This document shows, piece after piece, positions 52,885-64,000 of a stretch of DNA of 64,000 nt. Numbering within the stretch: the stretch's first letter is position 1; each line of letters starts with the position of its first letter. The position numbers and the translations under genes are program-made. The notes beneath the pieces were generated by a model. That model was not told the origin of the DNA, did not search any database, and was given only the letters and a program-made list of their open reading frames with translations. Origin of the DNA: the human T2T-CHM13v2.0 reference genome, Homo sapiens; the NCBI RefSeq assembly GCF_009914755.1, contig NC_060925.1, one strand, 5' to 3'.

Positions 52885-53676
52885 GTTTATTTTGTATCCT
52901 GAAACTTCACTAAATTTCTTTATCACTTCTAAGAGATTTCTGGTGAAACTTGTGGATTTTCTATACATGACACCATGTTTTCTGCAAATGGACAATTTGA
53001 CTTTTTCTTTTCCAATTTGTATGCTGCTTATTTCTTTCTCTTACCTAATTGGTCTGGCTAGGATTTCCAGTACTATCTTGAATAAAAGTATTGGAAGTGA
53101 ACATCTTTGTCTTGTTCCAAATCTTAGAGGAAAAGCTTTCAACTTTTCCCCATTCATTATAGTGTTGGCTGTGGGTTTGTTATAGATAGGCTTTATTGTG
53201 TTGAGGTATGTTCCTTGTATACTAACTTATTGAAAGTTTTTTATCATCAGGGGATGGTGAATTTTATCATACGATGTTTCTGCATCTATTCAGATGATCA
53301 TACAATTCTTGTCTATCATTTTGTTAATGTGATGTATCACATTTATTAATATGCATATGTTAAACCATCTTTGCATCCTTGGATAATTCCCACTTGATCA
53401 TGGTGAATGATCATTTTATGGGCTGCTGAATTTGCTATTATTTTGTTGAGGATTTTTGCCCCTATGTTCATCAGGGATTTGCAATCAGGGTAATGTAGGC
53501 TACATAGAATAAATTCGGAAGAATTCTCTCCCCTGAAATTTTCTGGAAGAATTTGAGGAGAATTGGTGTTGGTTCTTCCTTAAATGTTCGCTAGAATTGT
53601 GCAATGAAGTGATTAGATCCTAGGCTTTTCTTTGATGGGAGACATTTTATTACAGATTTAATCTCTTTACTCATAA

Positions 53677-54087
<411 letters not shown>

Positions 54088-55528
54088 GATTTCTGCTAGG
54101 TTTTCTAATTAATTGGCAATTAGTTGTTCATAGTAGTCTATGATTCTTTGTATTTGTGCAATGTTAATTGTAATGTCTCCTTTTTAGTTTTTGACTTTAT
54201 TCATTTGGATCTTTCACCTTTTTTTTTCTTGGTTAATCTTTCTAATGGTTTGTCAATTTTGTTTATCTTTTCAAAAAAGCAACTTTTTCTTTGATCTTTT
54301 AAAATTTTTTAGACTCTATATTGTTGATTTCTGCTCCTATCTTTATTATTTCCTTCCTCCTTTAATTTCGGATTTTGGTTTTTCTCGGTTGTCTAGGCCC
54401 TTGAAATGCCTTATTAGGTTGTTTATTTGCAATCTGTCTACTTTTATAATAGAGCCATTTATTGCTATTAAATTTTCTTTTTAAGACTACTTTTGCTGTA
54501 TCCTATAAGTTTGGGTATATTGTGTATCTATTTTCATTTGTTTCAAGAAATTATTTAATTTCCTTCTAAATTTATTAATTGACCCATTTGTCATTTAGGA
54601 GCATGTTGTTTAATTTTCGTTTATTTATATGGTTCCAAAGTTGTTCTTGGTATTAACTTTTAGTTTTATTCCATGTGATCAGAAAAGATATTTGATATAA
54701 TTTCAATTATTTTACCTCTTTTGAGGCTTGTTTTGTGGCCTAACATGTACTCTATCCCAGAGAATATTCCCTGTGCTGATGAAAAAAAAATGAGTATTCT
54801 GTAGCTGTTGGATTAAAAGTTCTGAAAATGTCTATTTGGTCCATTTGGTCTAAAATGCAGTTTAAATTCAATGCTTCTTTGCTGATTGTCTGTGTACATG
54901 ATCTGTCCAATGCTGTGGGTGGAGTGTTGAAGTCCCCAACCTAAATTGGAGTCTATCTCTCCATTTAGGTCTAATCATATTTGCTTTATATATCTGAGTG
55001 TTCCAGTCTTAAGGTGTATATATATTTACAACTGTTATATACTCTTGCTAAATTGGCTCTTTTATTATTATATAATTGCTTTCTTTGTATGTTTTTAGTT
55101 TTTGACTTAATGTCTATTTTATGTAATGTAAGTATAGCAGCTACTCCTGCTCACCTCTGATTTCCATCTGCATGAAATATCTTTTTCCATCTCTTCACTT
55201 TCAGTCTATATGTGTCTATAGGTGAAGTGAGTTTATTTAAGACAGCATATAGTTGGGTCATATTTCTTATTCTCCATTTTGTATCTAGTCTATCAATGAG
55301 TTCATAATTTTATGTGTTTTCATGATAGTGATTATCATCTTTTTGTTTCCAGATGTAGGACTACCTTGATCGAACATTTCTTCTAAGACTGTCTAGTAGT
55401 GATGAATTTCCTCATTTTTTGCTTGTTTGAGAAAGTCTTTATTTCTTCCTCATTTCTGAAGGATAGCTTTACTAGGCTTTGTATTCTTGGCTGGCAATTT
55501 TTTATTTCAGCCCTTTGAATATATAATC

Positions 55529-55831
55529 CTATTCTCTACTGACCTGTAAGGTTTCTTTAGAGAAATCTGTTGTTAGTGTAATGGAGATTCCCCTATATAT
55601 GATTTTATGCTTTTCTCTTGCAGTTTTACAATTATCTCTCTTTTTTACTTCTGACAATTTGAATATAATGTGTCTTATGGAGGTCCTTTTTGGGTTGAAT
55701 CTATTTGGAGACTTTTGAGCTTCCTGGATCTGGATGTCCATATTTCTCCCCAGACTTGCAAAGTTTTCAGCTATTATTTTATTAACTAGGTTTTCTACAT
55801 TTTTCTTCACTTCTTTTTCTAGAATACCCAT
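55529..55831 (-). pseudogene. LINE-1 ORF1p remnant
   Basis: IIAENFASLGRNMDIQIQEAQKSPNRFNPKRTSIRHIIFKLS...AREK...TTDFSKETLQ matches the ORF1p RRM/CTD. Confidence 0.9.
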
Positions 55832-58800
55832 AATACAAATATTTGTTCACTTAATAGTGTTCCACAAGTCTTGTAAGCTTTCTTCATTCATATTCTTTCT
55901 TATTTTTCTTTCTCTGAGAGTGTGACTTCAAATGATCTATATTTGAGTTCAGAAATTTTTCTCCTGCTCGATCAAGCCTGCTACTGAAACTCTCTATTGT
56001 ACTCTTCATTTCATTCACTGAATTCTTCAGCTTCAGATGGTTATTTTCAATTCTTTTTCTGGCAATTCATTGATTTTCTTTTCCTTGGGATCTGTTACTA
56101 GAGAGTTATTATGTGCCTTTGGTGGTATAACAGTTCTTTACTTTTTTGTGTTTCTTTTGTCTCTGCATTGATGTCTGTGCATCTGGTAGAACAACTGTCT
56201 CTTCCAAACTTTCTAGTGTCACTTTTATAGAGAAAGACTTGCACCTGCAGTTAAACATTACAGTGCTGGTTGGAAGAGATGTGGTGACTGTTTTTGCATA
56301 GGTTCAGTGGTGTAGTCTTTGTGCAGCTTCTTCAGCTACATTCAACATAAGCAATAACTGTGGATGCCTCAGGCTGTAGAAGTTTATGGCAGTCATAGCA
56401 ATTGTGTAGGTTATTAATATCCTTGGTGTCAAGGGCTTTTGGGGTCCTCTTATTGTCATTTTTCCCACGATGGGAAGACTTAGCCAAGGGGATCCTTTTT
56501 AGTGTCAGGTCTGACATGGTTCTACAAGCAGCTGCAGCAGCACTGGGTTCCAGGTGCAGGTGTCCAGAGTGGCTTTGGGGCTGGGATCCTAGCCTGAGGG
56601 TCTCATGAACCTATTGTGGCATCTGGGTTTTCCAGTGCAGGCTTGCTCCCTGTGGCAGGGATATAGGTTGCCCACAAAGCCAGGATCTGTGATTCTGAGG
56701 CACCTCCTAGCAGCTCAGACCCAGGGATCCAGATCGTAACTGTGATTCTCCCCCAGGAGGGGTAGGGTACAACACCGGAAGGGGGAGTGCTCTGGAGCTT
56801 TGGGCCCAGGGACCAGGGTATAGCTGCAATTCAGGAACTTGAGCTAATAGGTCACAGTAGCAACTCAGGTCCCAAGAGATGAGGTACTGTGTAGTGGTAA
56901 TTCTAGACTCTGTGGTGGTGGGTTTCAGCAGTATCCCAGACTCTGTGAAGCCAGGTGCAGCAGCAACAAGTACCCCAGGATGGTGAAGCTCAGCTATTAT
57001 TAGAGCGCTGGGATGAGGATGATGGAGACAGGAAACAGCACAATGATGACTGCACTCCCCAGAGAGTGCAGTATCTTAGCAGCTTAGCCTCAAGGAGGCT
57101 AGTCCAGCTCCAGGGAAGCAGGGTGTTAAGAGTTGTTTGGCTTGTAAGGTGAGGTCTGTCAGCTCAATCACTGCTCTGTTTCCCTGGGATGTGAGGTACC
57201 ACATCAGCTCAGCCCTGGGATGCACAGCTGCACAGCTTGGCCAGGGTACTGATTCCCCAGAAGGTAATATGCTGCTTCAGTTCATGTCTGTGAGGGCATG
57301 ACTATTCTGGGAAGCCCAGGCACCATTTCTGGGGGATGCAGGGTGCTGCTTCAGCTGGAGTACATGACCACTCTGGAAAGCCAAGGTGCTGTTTCTTGGG
57401 ACACAGGATGCTGCTTCAGCTTAGGCACCAGGGAGGCATGACTGCTCTGAGTGGCCAAGGTACTGTTTTTCCTGGAGGCTGGGTGCTGCTTCACCTATGG
57501 CCTGAGAGGATGAGGGCAGGGGTAGGTGGAGCAGCTTCATCTCTGCTTGGCTCCACAAGGAAGTCACAGCTTTGCTCACAGCATGGCTTGGGGATGTTGT
57601 GCCACTGGGCTGGAGTGGTTTGTTGGTGGCTTAGCCTCAGGAATTAAGGGGCTACCCACCCCAAGAGCAAGACACACTCCAGCCATAGTTCCAATCCCAA
57701 GAAGGTGTAGCAAACCATAAGAGATGGGGCATAGCGTTGGCTCCTTCTCTTTGAGGCACAGCTATGTGGAATCCAGACGGATCCCTCAAATGGGTGTGGT
57801 GCCCCTGAGGACTGCAGGTGAACCAGAATGGTGAGGCCTGTAGGTATGAAGGTGTGGATGGGGTTGCTAGGATCCTCTTCTTTATCTCCTTGCCTTAGAG
57901 AGAAGTTTCTCCTGATTCCCAGCTGATCCGGTTGGGGATGGGGTGGTGGAGGCCTGGTGTTTCCTTTCATTCTCTATGTGACTATCCTGAGTTTCTGTGC
58001 TCTCCAGGGTTTCTGTTACCCCTTGGACACACTCTGTGGCTCTCCCTCAGTTATTTTTATTAAAATAGTATTGTTTCTTCACTGTTCTAGCTGTCTTTGT
58101 GAGCAGGATGAGCGCTATGGGCTTCTAGCCAACCATCTTCTGAACTTATCTTCACATCTCCTTTACTCAATCTTTTCAGATATGTTATTGGTGAAGTAAA
58201 TGAAGAAAATCCAGCCACACAACATGAGAAGAATTTCAATAGTCTTTTGCAATAATTGTGGCTATTCTTTGATTCTACACAAAAATGCAATAAATAATAG
58301 TTCTTCAAAGGTTACTTGTGATGTGGAATCTGAAGTCATATCAATGAACTTTATGTACTCTGTTATACTAAAATATACTGGTCTATCTTGTACTTTGGTT
58401 CTTTTATCCATGCATGATTTTGTAACAGAATGCACTGGTTACTTGGAAAATATTGGTTCATATTGCAGGTCTTCCAAACATTGACACCTTTGATTATACA
58501 ACGTCAAAAAATCACAGACATTAATATCATCCAATCAGAAAAAAATATTTTAAGGATGGGAGAGTTTTCCAGCTCACAGCAGCAGATAAAAGTTTTCCAA
58601 AATTCTAATTTTCATTTGAAAGCTCATTTTATTATCAGTTGTTTTCCTTGAACTGACTTGTCCATTTCATCCATTTTTAGAAAATATCTGCCAAAAACTG
58701 AAGTCTGAATAGTGATAGTTTGTCTATTAGTCATTCTTTCAAGTAAAAATGGTGCTCAATAGAAAAGGCTGTCAGTTCAGCCCACAACTCAAACAATCAC

Positions 58801-61800
58801 ATGGCTGCTTTTCCTCAGGACATTAATGGTAGTGTGGTATACAGCAGAAATGCTTTATGAATATTTCTTATTTTGTCACATAAAATACTTTTTAGAACCT
58901 AATGAAGGAATTCTTAAGGAAAACCAATGCTTTTTTATTCATAGCAAATATATGGCCATGAAAAATACAATGATCAGGAACAATTTGGTGCATTGCTTGA
59001 TTCATGCTAAGGTGCCAGCAGTTATACACAACACAATTTATAAACAATCAGTGCAAATGTCAACACAGTGAAAAGGAAAAACGTCTTAGCATTAGTATGA
59101 AAAATGGTTTAACCTCACAGATGTCCTAAAAGAGTCTTAGAGACATTTGGGGCTCCAAGCACCACACTTTGAGCACCATTGTCCTAAGGTATCCATTATA
59201 TATAATGAATTAATCTCTCCCATATCTAGAAGGACACCAGTTTTCTACCATCCTCGGGAGAATGGGGGAAAATGCCAATCAAAACACATTCTGTGATCTT
59301 GTGGTTCAAATGAGGGATTCCTTTTGAAAAAGATTGCTACTGTGTGCATGTATATATTTGATCAAAATAAAATGAAAATCAATTAAGGGAGGTAAATTGA
59401 AGCCAGCAGACTGCAAGCCTAAACTCCTGCACACAGAGACTCAGCCACAGCTGCCAGCTCTCCTCACATGCTCTCCTTTGCCATCTCACCACCATCAGGA
59501 ATGACGAGGAAACAGATGAAGCTACCAAGTTCAGGAGCAAGAATCTGTGGTATGGACTCACTTTAGTAATCATGTAGCCTAGAGGTCAAGACTGGAAATG
59601 AAGAGACCTGGTGCTTATGCTGTATGGTATGATGCAGTAGAAAGATCACTGGCTGTGTTAAGCCTGATTCAAAGCCCAGTTCAAAGGTTCAAATCCCAGT
59701 TCTGTCACTTACTAGCTATGGGATGCCTGCCAATGCATTTCAACCTTTCTCTCTCCTCATCTGTAAAACCTTCATAAGGTTTTAAAACTATTAAATTTTT
59801 TAAAATAACTATAAAAATAAAGACTACATGACTGTGGACAGAGATTATCTATTATTATAACATTATATGCACAAAATATAAGTACAGGTCCCTGACCTCA
59901 AGCAGCTTATGACTTAGCTGGGGAGTCAGCATAACTTACACAAAAGAAGAGGTGACAGCACCAGGCCCTGTATAATCAGATACTAATTCCAAGGTCCTGA
60001 CTAAAGGGATTCAGGAAGTGAGGAACCACTCTCGCCTTTAACCATATCTGTCATACAATCTTGGGATATCTATCATTCCCCAGTACCCAGGTAATTTCCT
60101 GATAACTCTCAGGAAAACCAGGGAAAAAAAAAAAGCTAACTAGGCAGACACAGCAGAGACAGAGGCAGCTGCCTACACAGGAAATGGAAAACAAGCCTTC
60201 CAAAGGCCATCTGCCCTGATGGGCTCTTCTCCACCATAAAGACACTCTTTAGGTTAAAGCATTGCATCCTGAAAGCTTGTGTTTAAATGGGAAAAATTAG
60301 CTTGAATGGGTGACCATTAACTAAAGTCTAAGTGGCTTTCCCAGTAGGATTATTCTAGAGAGCAGACTTCCCTTGTCTCCTATGATCAGGGAAAGGTCAG
60401 AAGAGGCCTTGGTCCAGTGGAGGCCTCAGCTGGGCTACTAGCCCCTGGGTCTCCATGGAACACCCAGGGCTCTGAAATTTGAGGACAATATGAGAGGGCT
60501 AATCTAGTAAACATCATCTCCATTTTACATATTACCAAGGGGGCTAGCTCCTAAGAGGAGAGAAAAGAGAAGTTCCACTAAGGTCTGGGCCTGGATTTCC
60601 CACTCTATAAGTACAGTCCTGCTTTGGTGTCAGACATTTCAGAAATCCTTCAAACACTCCCAGAAGCCACAAAGAAAAGGAGCTCCCTTCCCTAGAAGGT
60701 GGGTTTTCTGTATATGATGAGGGAGAGTATTGGGCTCACATATATGCCACACCAACAATATGACTTTCACTCAGAGGTCACCAGGAAAGATGAAACAGCC
60801 ACTCCTCAATGGGAAACACAATTTAAATATCGTTTGTGCCCATGTCCCACCATACGCTGCTGAGCAAGAGTAATTAAAATAGAGGGGAAACCTGCTGACA
60901 AGTTAATAACAGCCCTAAAATCTCAAAGGGGTAACTGGAAAATAGCTCATCGTTAACATAAAACAGAAAGCCAGCCCTCAGGAAATGCCCCCAACATACA
61001 AAGGAGATGAAAGGAATAGAACAGTGAGGGATCTGAAACTTTTCTCACTCCATAGACCTGTGAGTTTTTGCTCATGTCTGCTTTTATCTTGTTTCTCCCC
61101 AGGGACACTGGTTGGTAGACTCACCCATATCGAGCTCTTGGTATCAACCACAGGGATGCTGTCTCTGCCTTGAAGTCTCTGGAATACAGACTCTTCAGAA
61201 ACTGAGCTCTGCTAAGTGGAGGTCAAACAGTCTGGCTGGAGATCTTTCTTCCTTCTGCATTTAGAGGTGAATTCAGATGTTCAGCAGCGCTCCCAGCAAG
61301 ACAGCGTATGGTGGACATGCTCACCTCAGGCTCAGCACTCCAACAGTATGGACAGTTTCAGAGCTACTGGCTGGGTGTTTAGCTGGAGGAATAAGGTAGG
61401 GTGAGAGGACCCCAGAGAAATTGCCTGCATGCTACAGGTAATCAAAGCCTGGTCTCTGTCTCCTATCCCAGAATATGCTCTTATAAACCTGCAACAACTC
61501 CTCAGTGCCAATTTCTACAAGACAAACTCTTTAGGGTCTCACAAGACCTTCTACAACTTTGCTCCATCTTTCTTGCCTGACCCTGCTGCACCCTCCCCAA
61601 CTCTCCCTTTCCTCCAGCCAGGCACAACTGGTCCCCTCCTCTTGAACATTCTAGCCTTTGCAAATTTTATTTCCCCTGCTATAGAAGCTTCTTTCTTCCT
61701 TTTTTTTCCAGAACAATTTCAATGTATCTGTCAAGAACCAGCTCTGTGAACTTGCCCCTTTATGAGTGCTTTGCCTTTTGTTTCCTGGAGTATATTCACA

Positions 61801-62511
61801 TTGCATCGAAAGTATCTATTTATCTAACGATAATGATAGTCAGCACTATTAATTGAATGACAGTTGTGTGCTAGTCAAGTACATTCACATTGCATTGAAA
61901 GCATCTGCTTAATAATAATCCAATAACAATGAGAATACAATAATGATAATTAGCATCATTAATTGAATGCCAATCATGTTCTAGTTACTGGGTTAGACAC
62001 TTACATATATAATCTCAACACCTCATAAAAGCCTTTAAGTGAGTATTATTATCCCTATTTCGAGAAGTTCAAAAAGATTATGGGACTTGCTCAAAAATTT
62101 ATAGCCAGTAACCAGGGCAGAATTCAAACCAGGATAGCCTGTGCTATCCTCAATAAGACAGAACTCCTCAATGGCAGGAACTATGCTTTATTCATTCCTG
62201 AACCCTTAGATTAATCAGGCCCTTAAATAAATATTTGCAAAAGGAAGAAATAGGGACATATCGGGGAACTTTATTCATGTTAATTGCCAACACCAGTTGA
62301 ATGTTTATCATTAGCCAGGCACCTTGCTTAGCCCTTTACTTGCCTTCTTTTCATTTAATTTTTGCCAAAATACCTATGAGATAGGCACTATTATTATCGG
62401 TGTCTATCATAGTACCTGACACAAAATAGATGCTCAATTAATACATGTTGAATGAATTAATCTCCATTTTAGAGATGTGGTAACTGAGGCTTAGAAATAC
62501 TAAGTATTTGG

Positions 62512-62781
62512 GGCTCACACCTGTAATCCCAGCACTTTGTGGGGCTGAGGTGACAGAACCAGCCTGGGCAACATGGTGAGACACTGTCTTTACAAAAAAG
62601 ATTTTTTTAATTAGCTGGGTGTAGTGGCACACACCTGTAGCCGCAGCTACTGGAGAGGCTGAGGTGGAAGGATCACTTGAGCCCAGAAGTTCAAGGCTGC
62701 AGTGAGTCATGATTGTGCCACTGCACTCCAGCCTGGGCAACAGACTGAGACCCTGTCTCAAAAAAAAAAAAAAAAAAAAAA
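62512..62781 (+). mobile_element. AluJ with small 5' truncation and internal deletion
   Basis: gaggtgacagaaccagcctggg shows a left-arm deletion; A-tail present. Confidence 0.92.
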
Positions 62782-63160
62782 CATATACACCATGGAATAC
62801 TATGCAGCCATAAAAAATGAAGAGTTCATGTCCTTTGTAGGGACATGGATGAAACTGGAAACCATCATTCTCAGCAAACTATCGCAAGGACAAAAAACCA
62901 AACACTACATGTTCTCACTCATAGGTGGGAATTGAACAGTGAGAACACTTGGACACAGGAAGGGGAACATCACCCACCGGGGACTGTTGTGGGGTGGGGG
63001 GAGGGGGGAGGGATAGCATTAGGAGATATACCTAATGCTAAATGACGAGTTAATGGGTGCAGCACACCAATATGGCACATGTATACATATGTAACAAACC
63101 TGCACATTGTGCACATGTACCCTAAAAGTATAATAATAATAAAATAAAAAATAAACAACA
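62782..63160 (+). mobile_element. Young 5'-truncated L1PA (L1PA3/4-like)
   Basis: [32 protein letters not shown]; 3' UTR cctaatgctaaatgacgag with G-rich tract. Confidence 0.93.
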
Positions 63161-64000
63161 AAGCATTAAGTATTTGGGAGACAAAGAATGGGAAGCCGCA
63201 CAGCTGAGACTAGAATCCAGGTACAGCCTTCCTCAAGCCCATAGTAGGAAGGTGGGCAAACAACAGTCTCTCTTCCTTTATTGCTAGTCTGGATGAAGTG
63301 CAGCATTTGAGATTTCCAAATAGGGTAGAAGAGTTTTCTGAGTTAAGCCTTCTCTGTAGTATGCTTTGAAAGCTGATATATCATGGAAATCACCCCCACA
63401 CTGTTTGGGAAGCCTGGATTCTGGTCTTGGCTTTTTTTGCCACAGCAGAATAACTTCAGTGAGCCACATAAGCTCCCAGAGTGCAGTTCCTGCATCGGTA
63501 AAGTAAATTGTTATTAGGCTCACATGACAATTCAGAGGGCGGTAGAGAATGCAGTGCTAGTGTGAATCTATGACACCTGTGATAAAGATAATTCCATCTC
63601 TGATTATGATAATGACCAAGGCCTGATAAGGGCTCCTGTGTGTTCATTACTCTGAGGCAAGACAGAGGGTGCAGTGAGTGGGCAGTTACTCCATACCCAC
63701 AACTCCCCCAGTGGGCAGCTCCCAGAAAGTCCAATTAGCAGCCTTGCACCCTGCCTGGTCCTAGACAACTCTGGATCCCCGGAGAAGCTGCCGTCATCTC
63801 TCTCCCTCTCTGATTTTATTAGGATCATAATTGTACATTTCTCCACTTACCTGTGGGGATGAAAGGGCATCAGTGTTTCCATAATGCATGACTCTAGGCG
63901 TGAGGCTGGTGCCCCACGCATCACTTCTCATTGCAATGATGCAGCACCAAAAAGCCATCCTTCATCATGTGGAAAACACTCCCCATATTGCAGTGTCTCT

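Overview
This is primate, very likely human or great-ape, non-coding DNA rich in Alu, L1PA, MIR, L2 and LTR elements. I found no host protein-coding exon, RNA gene or CRISPR array that I can support, and most ORFs in the supplied track are chance or repeat-derived. The dominant feature is a 5.2-kb internally deleted HERV-H provirus (3588-8786, + strand). It has two ~98%-identical LTR7s, a His PBS, a PPT and a perfect 5-bp TSD. Its 5' LTR keeps the TATA box, and the leader carries a consensus-perfect splice donor (CAG|GTAAGT). Several exon-like units lie in the unique DNA downstream, so the best hypothesis is a HERV-H-initiated spliced lncRNA or micropeptide unit. This is an inference, and HERV-H chimeric transcripts are a known class. 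The rest is deeply nested transposon DNA: an ERVL internal remnant, a complete MLT1A MaLR provirus holding a convergent LTR7C solo LTR, a MER34-in-MER34 nest, and a Charlie1 element split by a near full-length L1MA. Family names come from recalled consensus sequences, not from a RepeatMasker run. I cannot show a genuinely undescribed system from sequence alone.
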